This document shows, piece after piece, positions 40,711 through 53,410 of a stretch of DNA of 64,000 nucleotides. Origin of the DNA: Octopus sinensis. Taxonomy: Eukaryota. The stretch is from NCBI RefSeq assembly GCF_006345805.1, contig NC_043009.1, positions 1,364,001 to 1,428,000 on the forward strand, in the 5' to 3' direction. Position 1 is the stretch's first letter. Each line of letters starts with the position of its first letter. The position numbers and the translations under genes are program-made. The notes beneath the pieces were generated by a model. It was not told where the DNA came from. It saw only the letters and a program-made list of their open reading frames with translations, and ran no database searches.

Positions 40711-40760
40711 GTACCTGAAGAGAACCAGAAACGGTTGAAACGTGTGTTGCACCCAATAAA
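40711..40760 (+). ncRNA. Hammerhead-like motif followed by AATAAA
   Basis: GTAC-CTGAAGA-G-AACC-AGAAAC-GGTT-GAAA-CGTGTG-TT-GCAC..AATAAA. Confidence 0.55.
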
Positions 40761-40919
40761 GTCTATTCCACATCCCATCTCCTCTTTTATTAATACTGTT
40801 ACCCCAACCGCCACTACGAGGTCCCTGCAAGAAATCTTCGGATAACAACAGGTAACCGAAACTGTGCTTTACTCATCATCCATTTATACATTTTAGTCAA
40901 GTACATCAACATCAAAATA

Positions 40920-41415
40920 AAAATCAAATGGAAATTGTAGCTGTGATACCCATGTCGGTAGAACGTAAAAAGCACCATCCAAATGTGGCCGATGCCAGTG
41001 CTGCCTTGACTGGCTTCCGTGCCGGTGGCATGTAAAAAGCACCAACCGATCGTGGCCGTTGCCAGCCTTCTCTGGCCCCTGTGCCGCTGGCACATAAAAA
41101 GCACCCACTACACTTATGCAGTGGTTGGTGTTAGGAAGGACATCGAGCTGTAGAAACACTGGCTCCCGTGATGGTGGTACGTAAAAAGCACCAACCAAAC
41201 GTGGCCGTTTCCCACCTGACTGGCTCCTGTGCCGGTGGCACATAAAAAGCACCCTCTACACCCTCGGAATGGTTGGCATTAGGAAGGGCATCCAGCTGTA
41301 GAAACATTGCCAGATCAGACTGGAGCCTGGTGCAGCTTCCTGGCTTCCCAGACCCTGGTCAAACCGTCCAACCCATGCCAGCATGGAAAATGGATGTTAA
41401 ATTATGATGATGATG
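40920..41415 (+). mobile_element. Family C element with multiple GTGCCGGTGGCACRTAAAAAGCACC subrepeats
   Basis: About five subrepeats plus the conserved tail. Confidence 0.85.
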
Positions 41416-41426
41416 TACAATTTCTC

Positions 41427-41458
<32 letters not shown>

Positions 41459-41464
41459 GTAATG

Positions 41465-42220
41465 AAGGCATGTGGTCCAGTGGTCAGAGCACTGGGCTCA
41501 CAAAGATGAGATAGTGAGTTTGATTCCCAGACTGCGTTATGTGTTGTACTCTTGAGCAAGATACTTTATTTCATGTTACTCCAGTTCGCTAAGCTCTAGA
41601 AATGCGTTACAATGTCACTGGTGCCAAACTGCTTGTCTTCCTCTTGGAATAACATCAGTAACACAGAGAGGGGAGGCTTATTTGAATGGGAAACTCCTGG
41701 TCATCCATAAAAAACCTTGCTCGGATATGTGTCTTGGAAGGCAACTTTCTAAGTGCAACCCATGACCGAAGAGGGCCTTTACCTTTCATATATATATATA
41801 CCATAGGCGCAGGCGTGGCTCTGTGGTAAGTAGCTTGCTTACAAACCACATCGTTCAAGGTTCAGTCTCACTGCATGGCACCTTGAGCAAGTGTCTTCTG
41901 CTATAGTCTCGGGCCAACCAAAGTCTTGTGAGTGGATTTGGTAAACAGAAACTGTTTTTATATATATATATATGTGTGTGTGTGTATGTGGGTATACGTA
42001 AATTTGTGTGTGTTTCTGTGTTTGTCCCCACCACCATCGCTTGACAACCAATGTTGGTGTGTTTACATCCCTGTAACTTAGCAGTTTTGCAAAAAGAGAC
42101 CGATAGAATAAGTACTAGGCTTGCAAAGAATAAGTCCTGCGGGGTTGATTTGTTCAACTAGAGACAGTGCTCCAGCATGGCTGCAGTTAAATGACTGAAA
42201 CAAATAAAAGAATAAAAGAA
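41465..42220 (+). mobile_element. Family D SINE (41465-41765) followed by family A SINE (41805-42220)
   Basis: Match other copies. Confidence 0.85.
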
Positions 42221-42306
42221 TATATTTAGAGGTTCGGTGAGTGTTTGATAAGGGTTAATGCACAAAACTCCCACCTCTTGAGTCACTCTATTGCTTCAGC
42301 TAAATA

Positions 42307-42344
<38 letters not shown>

Positions 42345-42807
42345 GGAAAAACACACCCACACCTGTGTATGTGTGTGAGTGTGAGGGTAACTTGACTCAT
42401 TGCTATTGTGTAAGGCAGACATAATTGAACGTAACACTTACTTGTAAGAAATCGATATTATTAACACAATCATGTTGCCAGACACTAAATCTTCAGATTC
42501 TCTTGTATTTACTGTCTTTTCAATAGAATTTCTTAATTTCTTCCAGACATTACTTGAAATGCAGTGAATCTTCGTAAAGTGAGAATACATTTTTTTTTTT
42601 TTCTATTTCTTTTCCTTTTTTTATCGGAAGATGACTTGAATATTATGAATGAGACACATTAACTAGTTCAATCAAATTACTAATTTATTGCAAAATATAT
42701 TAAATAATTTTATTTTTTAAATTGTACTGGTTTGTGACAGCCATTTCCCAGTTGGATGCTAAATTATGAGTAAAAATTAACATAAACGAAGTTGATTGCC
42801 CATACAA

Positions 42808-43100
42808 TGGTTTCAAATTTTGCCACAAGGGCAGCAATATTGGGGGAGGGGGATGAGTTGATTAGACCGACACCAGTGCACAACTGGTACTCATTTTATT
42901 GACCCCAACAGGATGAAAAACAAAGTCGACCTCGGTGAAATTTAAACTCAGAATGTAGCAACACGTGAAATACTGCCAAGCATTTCGCCCAGCAAACCAA
43001 CGACTCCGCCAGATCACCACCATGATAATAATTTCAGATTTTTGCCACAAGGGCAGCTTAGGGGAAGGGGAGATGAGTCAATTGCATCAACACCAGTGTT
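42808..43100 (-). mobile_element. Family B SINE plus an adjacent partial copy
   Basis: Matches 24640-24860. Confidence 0.8.
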
Positions 43101-43119
43101 GATATATATATGCACACAA

Positions 43120-43150
<31 letters not shown>

Positions 43151-43445
43151 ATTGCACACACATGCACACATACATACATACCTACTACTCTTCTAATTTA
43201 CTAATCATTTAACGTCTGTTTTTCCATGCTGGCATGAGTTGGACAGTCAGACAGGAGATGATCAGCTGAAGAGCTGCTGCCTGGGCTTCATTTGTCTGTC
43301 TTGGCATGGTTTCTACAGCTGGATGTCCTTCCCAATGCTATCCACTTTACAAAGTGTAGTGGGTGCTTCTATGCAGCACTGGCACAGGGCCCTTTTTATG
43401 TGGTACTAGCATCGTTGAGCCTGCAAGATTGGGGAATATTCAGCT

Positions 43446-44551
43446 GGAGAGGGATGCAGGGGAGAGGGATGCAGGGGAGAGGGATGCAAGGGAGAGGGAT
43501 GCAGGGGAGAGGGATGCAGGGGAGAGGGATGCAGGGGAGAGGGATGCAGGGGAGAGGGATGCAGGGGAGAGGGATGCAGGGGAGAGGGATGCAGGGGAGA
43601 GGATGCAGGGGAGAGGGATGCAAGGGAGAGGGATGCAGGGGGGAGGGATGCAGGGGAGAGGGATGCAGGGGAGAGGGATGCAAGGGAGAGGGATGCAGGA
43701 GAGGGATGCAGGGGAGAGAGGGATGCAGGGGAGAGGGTGCAGGGGAGAGGGATGCAGGGGAGAGGGATGCAAGGGAGAGGGATGCAGGGGAGAGGGATGC
43801 AAGGGAGAGGGATGCAGGGGGAGGGGATGCAGGGGAGAGGGATGCAAGGGAGAGGGATGCAGGGGGAGGAGAGGGATGCAGGGGAGAGGGATGCAGGGGA
43901 GAGGGATGCAGGGGAGAGGGATGCAGGGGAGAGGGATGCAGGGGAGAGGGATGCAAGGGAGAGGGATGCAGGGGAAGGGATGCAGGGGGAGGGGATGCAG
44001 GGGAGGGATGCAGGGGAGAGGGATGAGGGGAGAGGGATGCAGGGGAGAGGGATGCAGGGGAGAGGGTGCAGGGGAGAGGGATTGCAGGGGAGAGGGATGC
44101 AGGGGAGAGGGATGCAGGGGAGAGGGATGCAGGGGAGAGGGATGCAAGGGAGAGGATGCAGGGGGAGGGGATGCAGGGGAGAGGGATGCAGGGGAGAGGG
44201 ATGCAGGGGAGAGGGATGCAGGGGAGAGGGATGCAGGGGAGAGGGATGCAAGGGAGAGGGATGCAGGGGAGAGGGATGCAGGGGAGAGGGATGCAGGGGA
44301 GAGGGATGCAGGGGAGAGGGATGCAGGGGAGAGGGATGCAAGGGAGAGGGATGCAGGGGAGAGGGATGCAAGGGAGAGGGATGCAGGGGAGAGGATGCAG
44401 GGGAGAGGGATGCAGGGATGCAGGGGAGAGGGATGCAGGGGAGAGGGATGCAGGGGAGAGGGATGCAGGGGAGAGGGATGCAGGGGAGAGGGATGCAGGG
44501 GAGAGGGATGCAGGGGAGAGGGATGCAGGGGAGAGGGATGCAGGGGAGAGG
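43446..44551 (+). repeat. G-rich minisatellite, unit GGGGAGAGGGATGCA (15 bp, about 70 copies)
   Basis: Direct reading; variant unit AGGGAGAGGGATGCA. Confidence 0.98.
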
Positions 44552-45900
44552 CCTTTTATGCAAAGACAACCACATATTTACTTAACTTGATGTGTCTTCT
44601 GCAGCACCCCACAAACTGCCAGGAGTCTTGGTCCCTTGTCATTCCCTCTGTGAGGTCCAACATCTGTAGATCCTTTCTCACCACTTCGTCTCACATCTTC
44701 CTGGGTCTACCCCTTCCACATGTTCCCTCCACAATCAGTGATTGGCACCTCTTGATGCAGCTGTCTTCATTCACGCACACGCATGTGCATGCACGCACGC
44801 ACACACAGGGCTTCTTTCAGTTTCTGTCTATCATATCCACTCACAAAACTTTGGTGAGTTTCGGGTTATAGTAGAAGACATTTGTCCAAGGTGCCACGCA
44901 GTGGATTGAACCTGTGACCATGTGGTTAAGAGACAAACCTTTTACTGCACAGTCATACAAACATCATTGGAAAATATTTACATCAATATGTGAGTGGCTG
45001 TGGCATTCAATTCTTAATCAATGCATCATTGAATGAGGTAAATCATTAATTAAACTATTATATTTTCTGGGCTCTGAGGCTAAGAAGCTCACTTCGTAAC
45101 CATTTGGTTTTGAGTTCAGTTCCACTGCACAGCACTGTGTGCAAGTATCTTCTCCTATAGCCTTGAGCTGACCAATGCTTTGAGAGTGGATGTGGTAGGT
45201 GGATACTCTGGAGAGGCATGTGCCAGTGTAGGTAGTAAGCTCTTTTAACACCTGTTGCAAGAGGTGTCCATCACTGCTACATCTATGCAAAAGAATGTTG
45301 TTCTCTAGCTAGCATGAGTTGTATTGTTTGAAAGGATCTGATGAGCCCCAGGGATGCATCATGCTCCATTTTAGCTTCAGTATGGTCTCTATGGCTTGAT
45401 GCCCTTCCTAACACTAACCACTTTACTATATGCATAAAACAAGTAATTATGACTGGTGTTATTCAAACACACAACCTTCCAATCTGGAACGTATGCACAA
45501 AAAGTTTCTTATTTGTCAAATTTCTCCAATACAAATTAGAAATGAACTAATTTAAAGAACAAAGCTGCTTCAATAAAATTTGGGCAGCAACAACTATAGA
45601 TTTTTTGTTTTTGTTACTGTTTGCAAACTATATTTAGAGAGCATGTACAAAGTAATTTCTTTCTTTCTTGTGTGAGGGCATGGATGGCTGAGCTGACAGA
45701 ATACCAAGCAACAAGTGAACAGATCAATGATCTTGTCAATAGCATTGATGTGTGTTTATGGTGTAGTGTGATTATTCTTACTGGGCCAAGAGGGAGTGGC
45801 ACTGGCTACAGCCTTGTTGATAGGATAAGGTCATTGACCAGTGAAGAGGTCAATGGTCTATGTCTTGTCAATGACATTGATGTGCATTTATGGTCTTGTG

Positions 45901-46420
45901 CAGTGGTTTTCAACTGGGGTCCACGTGACCCCTGGAGCACCATATAAGATTTTTGGGGTTCATGCAAGCACTATAGTAAATTGAGGATCTACAGTAGTAT
46001 ATTAAAGGTCCATGAAAATTTTTTACTTTAGATATATCTATTGCAAGTAACACAGTTAGGTTTCTTTCTCTGACATTTTACATAGTTCAGTTGACACAAG
46101 TTAATAAACGATAGATAAAATAGGAATTTTGAAAGAAGAATCTATAAAACTAGTCTTTAACCCTTTTGTTGCCATATTTCTGTTGAGGTTCTCCGTGTTT
46201 CTTTCAATTACTTTAAATCTAACAAAGAATTTAGTAAAATAACTTAGTTATCATTCAGCTAGTTGTTAGGAACATAAGTTGTGACTAAGGTTTGGTGGAA
46301 GATTTTAATTCAAAACTTATGGAAACAAGACATTTGTACTACAGAGCCAGAACCGGTTTCAGCCGGGTTGGTAACGAAAGGGTTAAACATCAAATGGCTA
46401 TAGGGGTCTACCAGAATAAA
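45901..46420. mobile_element. hAT-like MITE remnant carrying a nested TTAA MITE
   Basis: Begins CAGTGGTTTTCAAC (Charlie-type terminus); interrupted at TTAA 46157. Confidence 0.5.
46157..46386. mobile_element. piggyBac-type MITE
   Basis: TTAA-CCCTTTTGTTGCCA ... TGGTAACGAAAGGG-TTAA; reversed relative at 62287. Confidence 0.85.
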
Positions 46421-47093
46421 ATTGTAAACTGGCCATTTATGGCTCAAATATTCTACCTGATTCATGTTCAAACTAGCAAGATCCAGCCTCTCACACCTAT
46501 CCTACAATGTCATTCTAAAAATAAGCAATCACCTTATCGAAATCTCAAAGCCGTGAGCTAATACAGGATTAATTCAGAACACTGTGAATAAATAAGCATA
46601 ACATTTGACAGGGTAATCGGATACGTTAATGAGTTAAAGGAAATTTTGAAGGACAATTTAAATTTAGATCACTTAATAACAACAAGTTTGTATCATAGAA
46701 CCAGCGGTAGTCTTGGACAGATGAATACCAAAAGGTTTAATCACACAATATCAAATCTTATAGGTGTGAATGTGTGTTATAAGATTTCATGGTGGTGCTT
46801 GCAACCAGCTGCATCTTTGCTGTGCGGGAGAGGGAGAGGCATCTAAATTTACAGTGGGTGTGGTCTTAGAATATGTATGAATGAGAAAGCAACAGAAAAA
46901 TGAGTGAGAAGGCTAGAAGAGAAAGGACATATGAAGAGATAATGAGAGAAAGAAGGAGAGCGAAGGAGAGAGAATGAGTAAGAGGTCTATGACCTTCACA
47001 ACTGTTTATTTTGTTGCATTTGTGTTTGTATGAGTCTCTGAAAGGTAAACAGCATGACACGGCACCAACTTTAAGACTTTTGATGATCCTTAC

Positions 47094-47102
47094 TTGAAGC
47101 AG
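47094..47102 (-). other. Candidate 9-nt microexon (CTGCTTCAA)
   Basis: Minus strand ttttctatttcttttattttggtggcag|CTGCTTCAA|gtaagg. Confidence 0.25.
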
Positions 47103-48824
47103 CTGCCACCAAAATAAAAGAAATAGAAAATGATTTTTCCAAAAAGATCTTGGATTGTTATTTTTTTAAATTTTGAGATTGTGTATTGAATCTGTTTAAA
47201 TATATGTGTGTGTATGTGTTTATACATATCTATTAGTGTGTGTATATGTTGTGTTTATATATATATCTATAATTGCGCATATGTATTTTATATATATATA
47301 TCATTGCACATGTGTTTTACATATATATATATATATATATATATACCGTACAGATAATTCGCTTACCACTTGCGATGGTATTTTAATAATACCATCCCTA
47401 TATTTATATATATATACTCATACACACACACACACATTTGTGTGTGTATGTATGTGCACACACACACACACACACACACACATTTAAAACTGAAAGGCTT
47501 GACACCAGTATATTCCTGGTACATATTGTGTTGATGGAAAAGGACTTCAAAAAAGAAATGTAGAGTGAAGCTTATCACAAGTTGACTGTGGAATTATGTG
47601 GAAAGAAGAAGAAATGGATAAAAGCATTCTAATTTTCTTGGCCATCATCAACAGCATCAATCCCCCCCCCCCGCTGCCGCCCACTAAAAAAAAAAAAAAA
47701 CTAACTTCTTACTCATCTCTTCTACACAAACCAGATGCTGTCCTCTTAGCCATCTACTACATTACTACAGCATTAACCCTAACCCTAGACATCACATGCA
47801 AATGCCTGGCTTTTGAAAGGCCTGTCAGCTCATAGTTACCTTGCACCCTAGAACTACCTTTGAAGCTACCCCATTTCCACAGTTCCCAGGTTGGGAGTTT
47901 CTCTGCTAAGATGCGGCTTAAGGCAGATTTGGCTGCTATTTTCTCACAGGTCAATCAACCACATAAAAGCTACTTCACTGGTTCACAATAGAATGAAGAA
48001 CAGAACATAATAGTCTAGTATTAAGACAACGTAATTGATATTTAATCATTATCATCATCACCATTTAACATCTGTTTTTCCATGCTGGTATGGGTTGGGC
48101 TGTTTGATAGGAGCTGACAAGCCAGAGACCTGTGTCAAACTCCTACTGCCAGCTTTGGCATGGTTTTTATGGCTGGATGCTCTTTCTAATGCCAACCACC
48201 TCAGAGAGGGTACTGGGTGCTTTTTACATAGCATCAGCACCTGATAATTTCATCTCTCTCTCTTAATTTGTTTAATAATTTGGTAGCAAAATTAAGTCAA
48301 CTTCCATTATTTTGTACATTTATATATATTTATTTGTTTGTTTATCTTAAATATCAATGTGAATATCAAGGAATAAATTATAATATGCAAAAAAGGAAAA
48401 CAAATCAAAATAAGCAAAAATTATAATTAAATGAATTATAGAATAAAACTATAGGAATTTTTGTTAAAAGAAATAAAAACAAAATTTAAAAATTCCATCT
48501 CATTTCACAAAATAATTTTTAGATTATCAAAAAAAAACAAAAAAACTATGTAAACAATATTATTGTTTTTGATGGCTTTTGTGTAATGGAAACTGAATCA
48601 AAATGCCAAACGTTTAACATTTTAGTTGATGATGATGGGACAGATGAGGATAATGAAGAGAGGGGTGGTCATGACGAGAGAATGATGACGACGATTTTGC
48701 TGTTGGATAGTGAAGAGAATGATGAGAGAATGATGACAATGTTGGTTATGTTGCTGATGACAACAATGATGATGGTGAGAGAACAATGATGATGTTGGTT
48801 TTGATACTGATGACAACAATGACA

Positions 48825-49230
48825 GGTGTGGCTGTGTGGTAAGTAGCTTTGCCAATCACATGGTTCTGGGTTCAGTCCCACTGTGTGACACCTTGGGCAA
48901 GTGTCTTCTACTATAGCCTCGGGCCAACCAAAGCCTTGAGTGGATTTGGTAAACAGAAACTGAAAGAAGCCCGTCGTATATATGTATATATATATATGTA
49001 TATATGTGTGTGTATATGTTTGTGCGTCTGTGTTTGTCCCTCCCTCCCCCAACATCGCTTGACAACCGATGCAGGTGTGTTTATGTCCCCGTAACTTAGC
49101 AGTTCAGCAAAAGAGACCGATAGAATAAGTACTAGGCTTACAAAGAATAAGTCCTGGGGTTGACTTGCTTGACTAAAGGTGATGCTCCAGCATGGCCACA
49201 GTCAAATGACTGAAACAAGTAAAAGAATAA
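48825..49230 (+). mobile_element. Family A SINE inserted in a (GAT)n tract
   Basis: Matches the family A copies. Confidence 0.9.
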
Positions 49231-49686
49231 AAAGGACGAAGAGGATGATGATGATGTGTTGTCAGTAATATCATCATTGTTGTTCAGCTCAAGGTCAGCA
49301 ATGATCATGGAAAGTTGGTCAGATCCATGGCCAATGGTGTTCCGACCATGGATATTTCTCAGCTCCACACAAATAGATATACATACTTAAATGCACTACG
49401 GCCGTGACCATCCCATCTAATTTTTAGACAAATTACGTCAAGGACAACATATTTTCAAAACACTAGACTGTGATTTCAGGGAGATTTGGCTACCATTTCT
49501 ATGAAGTCAAACACTCCATCACACTTCCATGCATTTAGTTTGAAGATGATGATGATGACAATGATGACAATGATGGTAAGTAGAATGATGAAGAGGAAGA
49601 GAAGGAAGAAATAAAGGATAAGGGAAAGTTTGTATCAATGTCAACGATGATGATTACAAGAGTAATGATAATAATAATATATAATG

Positions 49687-50001
49687 AAATTATTGTATCC
49701 AGTGCTCAGATGCACCACAACTTATCAAAAGTGTGTATAAAGCATATGCAGTAATTTACAAATGTCTGGAAAGTGAATAGTGTATGAGTCAGATACATGC
49801 TTGCGTGTGTATGGAGGGGAGAAAATCAGGTGTAGTGTTGGCGAATCTCAGGAAGCATGGAAGTTTTTAAGGATGCAGTGCTCCGACAAATAACAACTGA
49901 TGCCAGCAGTTTGTTCCATACTTCAGCAACTCTTAGCATGAACAAATGTTTCCGAAAGTCATGGGAGCTGTGCTGTTTTCTGACTTTGTAAATATGTCCA
50001 C
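49687..50001 (-). pseudogene. CR1-group LINE C-terminus and 3'UTR
   Basis: GHIYKVRKQHSSHDFRKHLFMLRVAEVWNKLLASVV..SLKTSM; (TTA)-rich tail. Confidence 0.8.
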
Positions 50002-50006
50002 AAGTA

Positions 50007-50497
50007 TTGTTGTTAACACGTTTTGGCTGATATACCCTCCAACCTTCTTCAGGTGCCTTGGGGGAAATTTCAAACCTGGGTTCTCTTTCCTAAGGTATAT
50101 TTTTCAATGTTATTATTATTATTAATATTATTGTTCAGGTCACTGCTTGGAATCAAACTCAGAATCTTGGGTTTAGTATCCCTCGCTCTTAACCACCATG
50201 CCATAACGCCTTATGCCCATTACGCCATATGCCCATGGGTATATGGTGTAATGGCATAGTGGTTAAGAGCGCAGGCTACTAATCCCAAGATTCTGAGTTT
50301 GATTCCAAGCAGTGACCTGAACAATAATATTAATAATAATAATAATAATAATAACATCGAAAAATATACCATAGGAATGAGAACCCAGGTTTAAAATTTT
50401 CCCAAGACACCTGATGAAGGCTGGAGAGTATATCAGCTGAAACATGTTAACAACAAACAAGATGAGGACAAATATCTGTTGAATGTAAATAATGAAC
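50007..50497. mobile_element. Spacerless palindrome of two head-to-head tRNA-headed, hammerhead-tailed elements
   Basis: Symmetry axis CCCA|TGGG at 50235/50236; each arm has box A TGGCATAGTGG, box B GTTTGATTCC, (AAT)n and CTGA(T/A)GA-A-GG.TG..CAGC.-(G/A)AAAC. Confidence 0.85.
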
Positions 50498-50499
50498 AC

Positions 50500-50811
50500 G
50501 ATATCATTTCTGCACCCACCCTATTCACCAAATTTAGAACTTGCAGACTACCATCTCTTCCCCAAGATAAAAATGTAGCTCAAAGGTTGCTGTTTTAACA
50601 CCATTATCAAAATCCAGAGTAAATCGCAGAAGGTCCGCAACTTGCTTACTGAAAACAACTTCCGGGCTGGATCCAAAAAATGGCAGGAATGCTGGGACTG
50701 GTATTGCTACACAAGGTGATAATTTAGAAGGAGATGATGCTAAAACTTAAGGAAATAAGTTATTTTTTTATCAAACATAACTAGTCGTGGAATGTTCTGA
50801 AACCACCTTGT
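50500..50811 (+). pseudogene. mariner transposase C-terminus and right end
   Basis: HPPYSPNLELADYHLFPKIK..LKG..F..W..CW..QGDNLEGD; ends ..CACCTTGTA. Confidence 0.85.
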
Positions 50812-52599
50812 ACGACCATAAAATAGTTATCTATTTCTGAAAAATTCGATAGATCCTCAGAAATATGATAAGGAATTAAAGCAAAAGGAGAACAAAGATA
50901 AAATATTAGATTGTCTGGGATTCTGGTCCATACATTATTCAGTGAGGATTAATACTCAGTCAAATTTCTAAAGTACTTAAGCTATGTCTAAATTAATTTT
51001 GAAAATGGCAAAGAATTTGGGAAGATTTAATGAAATCTTATAATTCTATCATTACTTAAGCACAATGTTTTCATGACCATATTTCTAAAGCATACTTATT
51101 CATGTATCTAAATTAATTTTGAAAATAACCAAAACCTTGGAACGATTTAATGAAAGAACCTTTTCATTATTGTAGCTGGTGATTTGGGAGTATAACTCAA
51201 CAAAAGACTCTTACATAAAATTCTGATGGATGGTTTTAATCTAAAAATGACTCTAGGGTTATCTGGCCTTTTTAACTATTTAACAAAAAGTTAAAATAAT
51301 AGAATAAAAAAATGATGCAATTACACAGGGCAATTAACAAAGCTAGTTAAAATTAAACAAGTTATGCTAATTAAATTGTCTGTATAGTAATGAGCAATCT
51401 AGATTAATGATAAAGTTTTGACATGAATCCCTGAAGGCATTTTGCTTTTGTCAGTATTATCACTGCTGCCATTTTCTTCATTTCTTTCGACAGAATATAA
51501 TAAAAGAAAGTTAACTTTACATCACTACTGCTGTTCCCAGCATTATCAGTAACCTGATTGCCATTAGTGTTACCATTCTTGTCACTCGTCCTCCTATAAA
51601 ATTATTAGAAATTACTAAAAAAAAAAAAAATGCCAAAAACTGGTAGGAAACTTCTGAAAACTACACCTGTTAACTGTATGATGTAATCTGCAACATGATT
51701 GGTTTCTGATGAAGTTGCTAACCAATCAAGAAGAGGGTTACATTTGTAGGCTGATATATTAGTGATTGTAGTTGTTTTTTTGCTACATCATCGAATTTAA
51801 TATCTTACTATAAGGCATTACTTTCAGGGCTAAACCAAGGGTTTTGTGTTAAAGACTAGAAACAGTTGCAGATGGGTTGATAAAGAAATGGTTAAAGAAC
51901 ATCAAAATACAAATCAGAATCAGAATCTTGAAATACCTGGCTGTGATCTCTAATAAGCAAAGAACATATTCAATGATATAATTTGGTACACCGGAAAACT
52001 ACCCATTGAAATGTAGACTATGGGGTACATTTCAATTTGAAGGCTAATGAGTGAGGAAGACTGGCTACTGAACAGACAGAGTAAAACGAGCCATTATAGG
52101 ATTAGAAAGAGAAGTTTGGAAAAGGGAAGTCTAGGTGGGGGTGGGGAAACATAATCTAATTTCACAAAATAATTTTTAGATTACTAGTTTTGAAACCTTT
52201 TCACTAAATAACAATACACTTCTACTAATATAGCTTTAGTATAATGAAAATGGTAAAACAAAATGTCAAATTTTTAACATTTTAGTTTATCGAAATTCAG
52301 ATGGTAATGAGAATTGGGAAGAAGCGGTAGTGGAGAAGAAAATGCCAAATTTTTAATACTTTCATTTCTAAAAACAACAACACCAGACTACAACAATAGG
52401 AAAAACAGGATGATCAAAGAAGATAAAAGCATAAACAGAAGAGGAATCCAAGGAAATGAAGACAATGGTGAGAATGAGGAAGAGGAGAAGGAATTGGTAT
52501 TGCATGAATAATTAATTGATCAGAAGAACTGAAGGTGAAGACATAACACAAGAGCTGTGAATTTGAAGACAACTTTAAATCATAAGACATAACATTAAA

Positions 52600-52745
52600 C
52601 AGAAGAGAGCAGGAATTGGTTAAAAGATGGACAAGTTTATAAAAGACAAACAGAATCTTTGATCATGGATGAGAAAGCAGCTGGAAATAAATATTGTATT
52701 GCCACAGCAAAAGTAAAAATTGCCAAAAGTTAACAAAATAGCCAA
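52600..52745 (+). pseudogene. Possible R4/Dong-like non-LTR retrotransposon remnant
   Basis: WLKDGQVYKRQTESLIM..AKVKIAKS*QNS resembles the WLxxGxLKxETExLI..KAKIxK region. Confidence 0.4.
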
Positions 52746-53037
52746 ATTCTAGCAGAGTAAATAAATGAAAGCGTTATACATTTAGAACTAATAAACTCAC
52801 TCACTATATTGAGGAAACTTTTGTACAAATGATATGCTTCTGGTTGATCTGAATATGGAAAATGTAGAAACACCCACAAGAATTGGCAACATATAGATCT
52901 AAGGATGTGGAGTATTAGCAAAGAGTGAAATGTTGTACTTCACTGAGTCACTTTACATTCCAGAGCTGTTGTACGTGTTGCGTAGTTTCTGTGTTTCATA
53001 AATTTCACAGTCCAAAGCATAGAAATAAATAAGCTTT

Positions 53038-53221
53038 TATCTTTTACTTGTTTCAGTTATTAGACTGTGGCCATGCTGGGGCACTGCCATGAAGAATTTT
53101 TAGTCGCAGCTATCAACCCCCATACTTACTCTGTCAGTCTTTTTTGCCGAACCGCTAAGTTACAGGGATGTAAACACACCAATACCAGTTGCCAAGCAGT
53201 GGTGGGGGACAAACACAAAGA

Positions 53222-53257
<36 letters not shown>

Positions 53258-53410
53258 TATGGTGTGATTCTTTCAGTTTCCATCTACTAAACTTACTCCC
53301 AAGGCTTTGGTTGGCCTGAGGTCATAGTAGAAGACACTAGCCTCAAGGTTCCACAAAGTGGGACTGAACCCTGAACCATGTGGTTGGGAAGCAAGTTTCT
53401 TACCACACAA
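53038..53410 (-). mobile_element. Family A SINE
   Basis: Matches the family A copies. Confidence 0.85.

Noticed and set aside
43292-44871. Long ORFs (174-502 aa) on both strands
   Set aside because: They are translations of the stop-free 15-bp minisatellite
50965-51155. Diverged two-copy tandem repeats (also 29909-30078 and 45711-45900)
   Set aside because: Ordinary decayed local duplications with no further structure
51696-51728. Inverted CCAAT boxes TGATTGGTT/AACCAATCA
   Set aside because: A 9-bp stem is plausible by chance, and there is no other promoter evidence
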